Assembly (NCBI GenBank): GCA_048213135.1
Contig: PS015061.1
Coordinates: forward strand, 93,172 to 141,380
Length of the DNA: 48,209 nt
Direction of reading: 5' to 3'
Source of the DNA: Reclinomonas americana ATCC 50394
Taxonomy: Eukaryota
Positions 24,220 to 36,617 of the stretch are shown here, piece after piece. The position numbers were made by a program, and so were the translations under genes. The notes beneath the pieces were generated by a model. It had not been told where the DNA came from. It was given only the letters and a program-made list of their open reading frames with translations, and searched no databases. Numbering within the stretch: position 1 is the first letter of the stretch; each line of letters opens with the position of its first letter.

Positions 24220-24987
24220 ATGCGCGGCCTGTTGCTGCTGCTTGTCATCGCCGTGTGCTTAGTGGCGCACACTCACGCGCTGTCATTCACACCAGTTACG
24301 CGCGCCACACACATGATCAAAAAATCAGACACTGATTACTCTCTTTCACACACACACAGTGCCCAGACAGCGCAGATGGCGTTGTGTTCTCACAAGTAAA
24401 CGCACCCGCAGCCATCACACCCTCACAAGTGCGTGCGTTTTCCGCGCACATTTTTGTCTCTCACAGTCACTCATTGCAATGAGCAGACAATGACGATTGA
24501 TGTGCAAGGACAGCTGGCAAGTCGCCTCAGCACGCCCAGTGATGGCAGTGTGCTCTCTGTAGGTACACACAGACACTGCCACACTGCCACACACACACAG
24601 AAACACGCACACACACACACTCTCTCTCTCTGTGCCCACACACGCACATCACCCTCCTCTCACAGCTCACATGTTGTCTCCACACACTCAGAGGTACTCT
24701 TTGGCGAATCAGTAGTCCACCAGCAATCATTCGCATTGTGCGGTGCTCCCGAGGAAACCGACGCGCCCACTGTGTGTCCCATGCCTGCTGGTGCCATGCA
24801 GCGTACTGTCACACTTCGCAGTTTGATTGACAATGGTGACGGGTCGGTGCGAGAGGTTGTGCTGAGTGAGAGCGAGTATCGGCTGCGCATTGCGGTGGTG
24901 GTGCCGACGATCTTTGATGGGATGCAGCAGCGTGGGTGTGTGGAGGCGCCGTTTGCGGTGGTGGAGGCGGTGCATGATGAGTTGTGA
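24220..24987 (+). CDS. Secretory-pathway protein, probable ML (MD-2/NPC2-like lipid-binding) domain, C-terminal HDEL
   Basis: Signal peptide MRGLLLLLVIAVCLVAHTHA-LSFTP. Cys pattern C...FALC...VCPMPAG...YRLRI...GCVEAPF fits an ML fold. Ends VHDEL*. Exon 2/3 junction (~24396-24466) ambiguous. Confidence 0.65.
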
Positions 24988-25006
24988 GTGAATGGGGGTG
25001 ATTGGT

Positions 25007-27587
25007 TCATTCAACGAGGAAGACTTCGTAGTCGACCACTTGGAAGTGGTACGATCCCGTCAGGGTCGTCCTGTCAAATTCTCCACCGTCGGTGCTCTGG
25101 TAAGAGGAAAGGTTGCTTCGGCTGCTGCTGTTGCTGTTGCAGTTGTCATACAAGACAAGGTCAGCTCCGCTTCCGAATTCCGGACCACCTTCACCGTAGT
25201 GATACACGGCCTTCTCCTTCTGATCCGCCTTCAGTGCAAAGCGTCGCACACTTGCACCACTCCACGAAGCCGAGAACAAGAAGGTGGTGCCGGATGGATC
25301 GGCGACATAAGCGCCTCCCCCGGATTTCCACGGCACAGGCGTGTACCCGCCACACACTCGTCCCGTCGACGACTTGGCCACGACCAGCGTCGGTCTGCGC
25401 GCAGTCACGCATCCATCAGTCTCCAAGCAACACGCGCACTCATCCTCCAATCACTCACCCACGATTGTCACATCGCTGATGGAATGTGGCTGCCGCAAAC
25501 CCATCTCGACTGCCCTTGAACAACAACGTCAATTTGGGCATACTTGCACCACCTCGCGCTTGCTGCACCCACTGCACCACTCGCGCATCCGCAGCACTCA
25601 GCAGATCACTGGCAGCTATCATCTCCGACCACTCACGCTCCTCTTGTTCCCTCGCCAGCCGCTCGCGCTCCTCTCGCTCTCTGACCTGTCGCTCTCGTTC
25701 CTCCTGCTCTCTGGCTTGACGCTCTCGCTCCTCCTGCTCTCTGGCAAGTCGCTCTCGCTCAGACGCCTCTCGTTCCTGAATCGCTCTTTCACGCATCTCC
25801 AGCGGCTCAAGACGGGCGAGCAGCTGTCAATGGACAGGAGAAAGAATGAGTGGGAGGAGAGATGCATTCACTACCACCAACATCCACAAGCAGACCTGAG
25901 AAACACCTCGTTCAAGAGCTTCTCGCATGCGACGCTCTGATGCAAGTTGCTCAGCCAGTCGCTCCTCAACAGCTTGCCTCGCTTGTTCTTCAAGAATCAA
26001 CCGTTCCTCAACAAGCTGTCTCGCCTGTCGTTCATCAACTAGTTGCTGCCGGCACTCGATAAGCTGCTCAGTGCATACAGCAAGCCGCTCTCCGCTCTCG
26101 GCAACCACCTGCGACAGCTCGCGCACTTGCACGTGCAGCAGGGAGAGTTCTCGCACTCGATCATGCAGCTGCACACACGCATGCCCTAAATCAGAACCAA
26201 GAGACTGCATACTCACCACATCTCTCCTCTCACACCACCGCACCTCTCGCAGTGGTCGCTCCACTCGCAACACATCACACACTCGCTCATGCTCCTCCCT
26301 CTCACCAACAATACCACGCCATCCACACCCCAGTTCACCACCACGACACACTGTGTGCTGCAGCCGGCACTCCGTCTCTGCCACGAGAGAACAAAGAGGC
26401 ACCACGTCAGTGTCATGATACACCTCTCTCTCCTTCAAGCACACTCACCAAGATGCCGCTGCATCTCTGCCAGTGAACACTGCAGCTGACATCCACGCGG
26501 ACATGATCGCATGCACCCACTCCAGCTGTGCTCCACCATCTCACTCAGCGCCATCCTTGCTCGACATCCGAGCGGGCACTCGCGCAAGCATCCACTCCAC
26601 TCGTGCTCCGCAGTGCGATCGAGTGTCATCTGCTCTCCACACCTCTCGCACGCATACGGGCACTGCGTGAGGCCATGTGTGCGGTAATAATCGCCCACCG
26701 TCTGCTTATCCACCAGTGAGGAGAGAGAAACTCGAGACAAACAACACTCCATGACAAAACACAAACCATGGGTGCGTGCATGTGATCTGTGGTGTTCCCG
26801 CATGTCAACATCAAGGTCAACTTGCGCATCAACAGACAAGCACCACACGCCACCTTCATGTTGCTATACATGAGCTGGAGTCGTCGCTGCACTTCCTTCT
26901 GCGTGGCCACCGATGTGACTCCGTCGCCACACAAATCCGATCCACCCTCCGTCACGTGCTCACTGTGTCGCAGGGAACAAAACATGCCATGGGTGTCACA
27001 TTGAGAGAGGGCAAGCAAGCGCACTGTCTTCTCCCTCCCTGACGCACCGACACAAGTGATGCAGCTCGCTGGCACACAGCACAAAATCCGGAGCACACAG
27101 ATCCTGCCGACAAAACAATGTCATCATTAATGCAAGCACAGGAATGAGAGAGAGAGAGAGAGAGAGCCAGTGAGCAAAGACACGACTTACGATGCTGCAG
27201 CCTTCTCTCTCGCTCTCTCTCTCTTCGTGCGATGAGGGTGTGCGCACGAAACACAGTTGCGACCTAAAGAGAGTGCGCATGCCTCCCTCTCTCCCTCCCT
27301 CCCTCCTCTCCCTCCCTCCCTCCACTCCCTCCTCTCTCTCTCTCTCCTCCCTCTCTCGCTTCATGTGGTGAGGATGTACACACGAAACACTGTTGTGACC
27401 TGATGAGAGTGCGCATGCTTATCTCATTCCCTTCCCTCCCTCCCTCCCTCCCCCTCCCTCTCNNNNNNNNNNNNNNNNNNNNNNNNNNNNNNNNNNNNNN
27501 NNNNNNNNCTTCTGAAGCAGGAGGAAGAGGAGGAAGAGAAGCAGCAGCAGAGGATGATCCACTGCCTTCACCGTCTTCGAATCCCAT
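25007..27587 (-). CDS. TRAF-type zinc fingers + coiled coil + C-terminal TLDc domain protein; N-terminal part crosses assembly gap 27463-27508
   Basis: TLDc motifs LLFKGSRDGFAAATFHQRCDNRG/PTLVV...GGYT...W...FLFS...GPEFGSGADL...FQVVDYEVF. Zinc-finger-like CPYACERC...H...CPLGC...H...CPRGC...H and GCGWRG...EEHERVC. (EQEERERQAR)n coiled coil. Confidence 0.85.
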
Positions 27588-27811
27588 TCTCCACCACCTG
27601 ACGGCGGAGCAAAAGAGATGAGAGGACATGATGCATGCGACGTTTCTTCCTCGCAGCAAATCATCAAGCACAACGATGGAAGCTTGCTCACACAAAGAGA
27701 GAGCCCACTTGTTCAACTCATGAACCACCAAGCGCGTGTTTTCACAGAAGCAACAACCGCGTCCTGCACACATTTCGTTCACCGACTTCCTTCCACCTCT
27801 GAGAGATCACC

Positions 27812-30800
27812 ATGTCCTCCCCCGCCGCCTCTCGCCGCACCGGCAACACCCCCCACATCGAGACCACCGATGTGGAGTTGGGCGGCATGGGTGCCTCCTC
27901 GCCCGCCGAAAGCAAGCCACTTGATCGCGGCACATCGACCATGCGATTGGCCGCTGGAGGCGCGCCCACTCCCACTGCCCTCGCGGCCGCAGAGGAGAAC
28001 AAGGCCACAGCACCGCCTCCACCCAAGCAAGTGCCTCTGTCGCGTGTGTATGCCATGTGGCCGGTGAAAGGGTACATCTTCTTTGGCACACTTGGTGAGT
28101 ACGAGTGTGAGCAAGTGTGTGCGAGAGAAGAGTGTGTCTTATATATGGGGAGTGCAGGAGCGATTGTGCAGGGCGGTGCACTGCCAGCGTTCTCCATTGT
28201 GTTGTTGCGTACATGTGCATTGATTGCATCACCTATTTCTGTCAACAATCTGACGCTTGACTGCTCTGTGGTCAAACAGTGGCAAGCTTTTCAACGCGTT
28301 CTTCAAAGGTACGCGCGCGCTCTCTCTCTCTCTCTCTCTCTTTCTCTCAGTGTGTACATGCTGGCTCGGCTGTTCGAATACTCACGAAAAGCTCCGCTGC
28401 TGTTGTGCGCACACAGATCCGGATGTGATTCGCAGTGAGACCACACTGGCGTGCATTCTGTTCATTCTGATCGGCCTCGCCTCCTTCCTCTTTGCGTACC
28501 TCCAGGTGTGTCTCTGTGCGCGCGCGTGTGAGTGTCACTTGCATTCACACTTACCGGCTCTCGCTTGATGTATTAGGTGAGCATGTGGCAGCTTGCCGGC
28601 AACAATGTGACTCGCGCACTCCGGTTGCGCGTTTTCCAAGGTTGGTGCTTGTATATTCGTGCTGCTGACGACACTCGTTGCTCACTGTTTGTTGGTCAGC
28701 ACTGTTGCGGCAAGAGATTGCGTATTTCGACGCCAATGACAGTGGAAAGCTCCAGGCGCAGTTGTTTACTGAGGTATTGTTGTCGACGAAGTATGTGTGT
28801 GTGTGTCAGAGAAGATACTCAGATTGTGCGCAGACCTCGGCTGTGCAAAATGGAATCAGCGAAAAGATGGGCATGGTCATCAAGTTGCATTATTGTGTGT
28901 TCGCCGCGCACTGTTCGTTTCACGCGGGCTGAACACTCTTCCTTTCCTGCAGCCTGACCACGCAGTGCCTGGGCGGAGTGCGTTTATGTTTCCCCGATTG
29001 CGTGTTGTGTGTCATCGCTGATTTGCTCGAGCAGGTTTTGGTGGCCTTTGTCTTTGGCTGGCTGCTGACCCTGATTCTGCTCGCTCTGGCGCCCGTTATT
29101 ATGATTGCCGGCTTCCTGCAGTTCTCGTTCTTGGCTCGCACGGCCGCCACCACCATGTCGGTCTCCAATGAGGTTTGTCAGTTGGTGCTCGAGGCTGTCT
29201 CCTGTGCGCGAGACTTAACGCGTACACGCACGCGCACAGGCCGGCAGCAAGGCGTCCGAGGTGCTCAGTGGAGGTGGGTCGTCGTTCGACGCACGATTGC
29301 GTTTTTATTGTTCCACGCTCAATATTTTGTGGTCCGCAGTGCGTACCGTGTACGCCTTCAATCGCCAGCATGCCGAGGCCACCCTCTTCAACAACAAGCT
29401 CGAGCAAGTGCGCAAGACCGGTGTGAAGAACGCCCACATGGGTGGCATCGGTTTCGGCGTGTCCATGTTTGCCATTTTCATTGTCTATGTGAGTGCTGTG
29501 CTCGATGCAGTGCGTAGCTTCGAGCCAGTTCGACTCACGTCCTTTATATCGAAGGCTCTCGGCTTCTTGGCTGGTGGACGTTTCGTGGCCGACGGTCGCA
29601 TGCAGGGTGGCGACGTGCTGACTGGTTTGTTTTGTTGAAGGTCTTGTGTGTGCGCGCGTTGGTGGTTCTGACTCTTCACTTTCACGTGCAGTGTTCTTCA
29701 GGTGATTCAGCTGTGCCGCCTTGATGTCTCTCTGTGTGTATGTCTCTTTCTCTCTCTCGCTCGCTCTGTGTGTGTGCATTTGTGATACATTTGTGTGTCT
29801 GTTTGTCTGTCTGTGTCTCTGTGTCTCTGTCTCTCTGTCTCTCTCTCTCTCTCTGTGTATGTGTCTGTGTCTGTCTGTATGTCTGCCCGTCTGTCTTCTT
29901 CGCTCTCTCTCTCTCTCTCTCTCTCTTTCTTTCTCCCCTTCTCTCCCTCCCCTTCTTGCATGCCCGCTCGTTCTCTCTCCTTCTCTGTCTGTGTATGTGT
30001 CTGTGCGGCTGTCTGTCTGTCTTTCTGTTTCTGTCTTCTCTCTCTCCCCTTATTTCGCTGTGCCGGTCTGTCTGTCTGTCTGTCTGTCTGCTTCGCTCTC
30101 TCTCTCTTCTTGCTTGCTCCCTCGCTCAGTGTGTGCATGTGTGCGTTTGTGATGCGTTTGTGATGCATTTGTGGTCTATTGTGTCTTCCCTCGGCTCTTG
30201 CCTTCGCTCATTATTTGTGTGTCTGTCTGCCTGTCTGTCTGCTTCGCTCTCTCTTGCTCTCTCTATCTCTCCTCTTGGCATCTATTGTATCTTCCCTCGG
30301 TTCTTGCCTTTGCTCATTCTCGTGTGCTCTTCTGCCGGCGCAGCATTGTCATCGGTGGCATGGTGCGTGCATTCATATTGTCCTTCCATACACCTCCACA
30401 CCTTCTCACTTTTTTGTCACTGCAGGGTCTCGGCCAGGCACGTCGTTCTCACGCAGCATATATGTATCTCCGACTTTGTCTCATATTGTGATGCACACAG
30501 TTGTCGCAGCAGCTGCCCGACATCGCCAAGGCACGTCGTTCTCTCGTCTTGCCCTCCCTGTCCCTTCGTTTGTGCTCACCCCCTTTGCCTTTCGCGCAGG
30601 GCAAGGCCGCCGCCGCCAACCTGTTCGCCATTCTTGACCGCGTGCCGGAAGTGGATCCGAACGAGGGCACCGGTGTCAAGGCCGACCGCGTCCGTGGCGA
30701 CATTGAGTTCTGCAACATCTCCTTCTCCTACCCGCAGCGACCCGACACACGTGTCATCAAGGGCCTCTCGCTGAAGGTCATGGCTGGCCAGCGTGTTGCC

Positions 30801-31386
30801 CTGGTGCGTTGGAAGGAATCATTGTGACCGTAATAATCATGTTCGCTCACCTTTATTATCTTGTAGGTCGGCCCAAGTGGCAGCGGCAAGAGCACGCTCT
30901 TTGCCCTGCTCGAGCGCTACTACGATGTGCAGTCAGGCGAACTCAAAATCGACAATGTGCCAATCACGTGCGTCTTTTTTTCGTTGCGCCCACTTCTGCT
31001 GCTGTTGTTGGCACTCACGATAGAGTATATTGTACATGCAGAGACTACGATCTGTTCACCCTGCGCGACCACATTGGCGTCGTCTCACAGGTTTCGCTTC
31101 CTCATCATGATTTTCGTTGTTTTGCACGTGTGTGCCAACTCATCGTACGTCTGCAGGAACCCGTGCTGTTCACCGGCACCATTGAGGAGAACATTCGCTA
31201 CGGAGCACCGGATGCAACCAACGAGGAGGTGCTGGCTGCTGCACAGGCCGCCAATGCACACGACTTTATCGAGGCACAGCCACTCGGCTACCAGACTCAG
31301 GTTTCGTGAGAGCAGTGCAATTGGATCCCAGGCATTCGCATGTGCCTCACATGTTGCTGATGCAGGTCGGTGAGGGCGGCCTGCAA

Positions 31387-31418
<32 letters not shown>

Positions 31419-31805
31419 TGCGCGTGCCGTTCTCAAGAACCCTGCGGTTCGTCCATACCCTTCTTCTCTTCTCCCACGATGCCGCCCGCTGACTCTGTGC
31501 GACCCCCGCAGATTTTGATTTTGGACGAGGCCACGAGCTCACTCGACTCCGAGTCAGAGTTCCTCGTGCAGCAGGCGCTCGACCGCCTGATGCGCGGCCG
31601 CACCAGCCTGGTGATTGCCCATCGTTTGTCAACGGTGCGCGATGCCGATTGCCTCTACGTCCTCCGCCGTGGCGAACTGGTGGAGTACGGCACATATGCC
31701 GACCTGGAGGCCCGCAACGGCCTCTTCACACAGCTGGTGCGCAAGCAGCTGCAGCACTCGGCCGTAAACCCGGACGAGCGCGAAGGCGAAGGCGAAGCTG
31801 ACTAG
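27812..31805 (+). CDS. ABCB (MDR/P-glycoprotein-like) transporter with one TMD and one NBD, many micro-exons
   Basis: [47 protein letters not shown]. Walker [11 protein letters not shown]-loop VSQ/EPVLF, signature [14 protein letters not shown], Walker [14 protein letters not shown]-loop IAHRLST. TAG at 31803-31805. Confidence 0.93.
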
Positions 31806-32074
31806 TAACTGCTGCTCACTGTTGTGCGTATGTGTGCTGCGTTTTGTAATCCTCTCTCGCGTTGCCACATCATGCTATTAGGCTCTACTTCTTTAGATCG
31901 CGTTTGTTGTTGTTTGTTGCGTTTGCATTCCACTCGATTCTCATGTGCATAGTGGCGCTATAGTACTCGTCGTCGATGGTAATGCTGTTGTTAATAGTGT
32001 CGCCGTCGTCCTTGCTGCACAGTGGAAGTTGAAACAATGTATCTTATCTGTGTCCTCTCCATCATCCACAATCA

Positions 32075-35000
32075 ATGATCCCTCCCGTGAACGGCGAAGC
32101 CCTCGGTTGCGTCTCTTTCATTGCTCCCAAGTCCACACATTGCCTTGTCAACCTCACCGACGCGCACAGAGCCCGTGCATTACACTGTGCGCATCACACC
32201 ATGGCACTCGAGCACCGGCGACCCGCGTCACTTTGACGGTACCGTCCACCTGCGCTTCCGTGTGGGCGCGTCTCCGATTCGCAGCTTGCGCTTCCACGCA
32301 CTGTGGATGCCTCGTGTGGAATGCACGTTGTCATCGGACAGCGCTCCAATGGCGATCGACAGTGTGCGCGAGGTAGCCGAGGAGGAGAGTGTGTGGGAGG
32401 TGCAAGTGGCGAGCGAGTTGCATGCTCATGCCGAGTACGTGCTGCGTGTGGACTACACGGCGGCGTTCTCGGAGAACGAGGAAGAACGCCGCGGTCAGTC
32501 TGCGTCTCTTCGTGTGTGCATGCATGTGCGGTCGATCTGACAGCACCCCGCAGGAGTGTACAAGTTTGAGCGACCGTCGCATCGGCGACGCGGTGCAGAT
32601 GGCGAGCCAACCATGCGGCAGTACGTGAGTACGCAGTTTGAGCCGACGAGTGCGCGACAGGCGTTTCCGTGCATCGATGAACCGGCGCTGAAGACCACGT
32701 TTGAGTTGTCGGTGGTGCACCCGGCCGACGACGACATTGTGTCGAATATGTCGCCGGTGTCGACTGTGGAGTGCGATGCAGCGGGAGTGGCTGTTCATGG
32801 AGGAGGTGGTGGTGGTGGTGGCTTTGTGCAGACCACGTTTGCAGTGACGCCGCGCATGAGCACGTACCTCGTGTCGTTTTTCACCGGCGAGTACGAGTCG
32901 GTTGTGTTGACGGCTGCCGAGTTGCGTTGCATGACTCTCCTTCTTCGTCAAGCGTGTCACGCTCATCTTCCTGTCGTTGCAGTGGCACGCGGTTGGAGTA
33001 CCATGCCGAGCCGGGCACGCTCGACGACACCGAGTATGCGCAGGACTATGGACGGCGGGTGTTTGAGTTCTTCTCGAGCACATACTTTTCGCGCACGCCG
33101 TACCCGCTTCCGAAGCTGTCTATGATCTCCAGCAGTGCGGTGACGAACTTGGGTGTGCGTACTTTTACTGTGTGCTGTGTGTGTTGAAGACTGTTGACAT
33201 CACTCACTGCTTGTCGCACACAGATGGAGAACTACGGGGCTTGCATCTTTAACTCGGCCTACTTTCTTGTACACGGGCGTACCACGTTCGACAGGCGGCG
33301 GCGCATTGCCCGGTTGCTGTCGCACGAGATCTGCCATCAGTGGTTGCGTCCACACACCAGCGTGCACACATGCATCAGCAACGATGTTCACTTCATTGCA
33401 GGTTCGGCAACCTCGTCACCATGGCCGTGTGGAACGAACTGTGGTTGAAGGAGGTGCCTTCGAACTGCTGCCGCTGCTGCCACTTGATCGTCGTGCTCAT
33501 CGTCTAGCAACAGGGTTTTGCGAGGTACCTGGAGCACCATGCCGTCACTCAGTTGGAGCCGCGTTACAACATCTGGTCACAGGTCAGTTTTTTCCCGTCG
33601 CCACTTGTTGGGTCTGTGCTTGTTGTTGCCGTGTTGATTCGCCCGGTCGAGTACAGTACATGCACACGGTGTATGATCCAGCGATGAAGGCCGATGGCAG
33701 TCCCAGCACGCATCCAGTGGTTCGTCGCTTGTCAACGAGTGTGTTCCCGATGTGTGTTTGTGAGCCACCACATGCCTCTCGCCACAGGAAGTCAACGCCG
33801 ACAACATCCATACCATTATCCGCTTCTTTGATGTCCTCTGTTATGGTGAGTGACCTTGTGGTGGTGAGGAATAGCAGAATCATGTCCTTACCGCTGTCTC
33901 CGTTATGCACCAGGCAAAGCGGCAAGTCTGCTGCGTATGTTGGCTGGGTATGTGGGCGGCGATGTGTTCCACCGCAGCGTGCAAAACTATGTCGAGAAGC
34001 ACGCCGGAAGCACGGTCGTTAAGGAGGTGAGTGTGTTCGAGCCTTTCTTTAATGGCAACACCTCTTTATTAATCATGGTGAGCAGGATCTGTGGGCGGCG
34101 ATTGAACAAGAGTCACGCAAGGATGTGTCGACGCTGATGCGCGGGTGGCTGCAGCAGAGCGGATATCCGATTGTGTCGGTGGAGGTGGGTGGCGATGGCC
34201 AGCATCTGCTGCTTCGCCAGTCGCCCTCGCATGACGGTGGTGAGTGGCGATCAATGAGGAGCGGATGTGTGTGTGTTATTCTCATTGCGGATGCCAGCAG
34301 AGGCCTCGTGGCTCGTGCCAATGGTGTTCCGGTTGGTTCGTGTCGAAGGAGAGCGCGACACCGAGGAGCACACAATTGCTGTTGTGTTGAATGGGCGTGA
34401 GCAGCATGTCGCTCTGCCAGCCGGATGCCGTGTGGGTGGCGACTCGACGTGGATGTTGCATCCCAATCGCGACACGATCGGCTACTATGGTTTGCGCCGC
34501 ACTCACTCTTGCTCTTTCTCTGTTCCCTGCTTAACACACCGACCGACCCACAGCGGTGGATTACGTCGACGAGTGGTTGTGGCGATCGGTGTTGGCTGGC
34601 GTCGAGAGGAGTGTGTGGACGCCTGTCGAGTGTTGCGGATTGCTGACATCGGTGAATGGCCCCCCTCTCTTCATCTCTTCCCCCTTACCATCTCCTCACC
34701 ATCCTCCGTGCAGACCGTCGAGCTGGCACGCAAAGAGCGATTCGGTGAGACGTACGTGCTGCGCGTGTGCGAACTGCTGGCGACCCTCGTGGTGGCCTGC
34801 TCCGACGTCGAGCTGTGCACGCTCATCGAAGACACGGTGCGCTTCGTCATCGAGAACGGCGTGGTGGACCGCGACCTGTTCGCGGTGATGGTTGTCACGG
34901 AGCCAGTCCGTCACCACCTCCTCGACAACCTGAGCCAGTGGCCGCAGCTGTACGTCGGCAGCGGTGCCAGCCGTGCGGCCTCAGTCAAGGCTCGCCTGAT

Positions 35001-35148
35001 CAGCTGCCTGATGCCCGTAGCGTACGACGAATTCGCAGCTGCGTTGGTGGAACTCGTCTCCACCACGCACTTGGACGACATCCACCCTGCCCTCATGCGA
35101 CCCATCAATATGCTGATGCCTGACGCCAGCGGCGATGATGATCAATGA
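32075..35148 (+). CDS. M1-family zinc aminopeptidase (APN/puromycin-sensitive-like)
   Basis: TQFEPTSARQAFPCIDEPALK, TPRMSTYL, YPLPKL, LG/MENYG, HEICHQW/FGNLVT-X-LWLKE/GFA (HEXXH-18-E), FDVLCY/GKAASLLRML, WLQQSGYP. Start tentative. Confidence 0.93.
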
Positions 35149-35205
35149 AATCGAGCGAGCTCGAGTCCCTTCGGTGCAGGACACAGATCTCTTGGCCGAC
35201 ATAGC

Positions 35206-36512
35206 ATGGACGAAGAGAGCACCGTTCTGCACGAGCTGGGTGGTGTGGTGGATGCACTACCACCACTGCCACCACGACGCCGCGAAGAAGTCGACGAGGG
35301 GGATGAGGAGAGAGTTGAAGAAGGTGGCGGAGAAGGCAGCAGTGATGTGCGACGATTTGGTGTGGCGAAAGCGCCGGCAGTGCCACGATCGGTGGAGGCC
35401 GGTCACTTGCCAGTGGAGTTTGTGACCAAGCCGTGTGACTTTCACGGAGAGGACTTTGAGTGGCAGGTGATTGAGTGATCAATTCTGGCACCATCGCGCA
35501 CTCTCTCGCATCTCACCGTGACTCTCTGTTGCGTTGTGTCGTGGTAGGACATTGAGGAGACGGCGATCGAGATCATTCGTCAGCAGACCGACTATGTGCC
35601 AGAGGATGTGCAAGGTCAGTGCATGTCACTCACATTTCTCCTCTCTCTCTCTTGTTCTCACAATCGGGACGCAGCGGAGGTGGCTGCGACACTGGCCACT
35701 CGTTGGGAGTCATTCTACGCGCGCCAGGGCCTCTTCTTCCAGCCAAAACGATACATTTACCGGGCGTGGCCGACGATCTTGGACTTGGATCGCGAGGATC
35801 CTGCCTATCGCTCGGATATGGTGTTTGCAGAGGTCGGCTGTGGCATCGGGTCCACCATGTACGGTGTCCTCGCACGCCACCCCACATGGAGGTGTCACGC
35901 TTTTGACTTTTCCAGCACGGCAATCGACTTTTTGAAGGTGAGGGCGTCGAGTGCAGCGCACTGGCTACGAATGGTGGTGGTTCACTGAGGCGATTGCAGA
36001 CGCACGAGTTGTACACGGAGGAGCGGGTGAATGCATTCGCCTGTGACATTGCGCGTGAGCCGGTGCCGCCAGAGCGTGTTCCACCGGGCACTTGCGACTT
36101 TGCGTTTTGTGTGTTCATGCTGTCGGCGGTGCATCCCGACCAGCACGCCGTCGTGTTCCGACACATGGTGGATTTGCTGAAGCCCGGCGGCTCGCTGCTG
36201 TTCCGTGACTACGGCGAGTTCGATATGCGCCAGCTGTACAAGCGGTGGCAGAAGATCACACACAACTACTACCTGAAGGAGGATGGCATCACCGCGTACT
36301 TTTTCTCCAAAGGTGTGATGTAAGTGGTCTGGTTCGTCGAGCTCGCTCTCTTTCTCATTCTGCTCGTGCATGTGTCAGCATACGTGGCATCGCTTGCGAC
36401 AGAGGCCGGCCTACGAGTAGAGCGCCTGGAGTACCACTGCAACCGTCTGGTGAACCGAAAGACCGAGGAGGTCATGTATCGCATCTTCATCAATGGGCAC
36501 TTTGTCAAGTGA
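35206..36512 (+). CDS. tRNA N3-methylcytidine methyltransferase, METTL6/METTL2 (Trm140)-like
   Basis: WESFY...FFQPKRY, EVGCGIG, AFDFSSTAI, AFACDI, FMLSAVHP, LKPGGSLLFRDYG, Y...DG..AYFF, LVNRK...MYRIFI. Confidence 0.92.
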
Positions 36513-36617
36513 AGGAGGAGAAGGAGGAGGAGAGGGATAGAGTGTGTGTTGCAAAACAAAACGATTAAACATGTTTACAGTATTGTGTGCGAGAGAGGAA
36601 GCACGCTCGCTCTCTCT

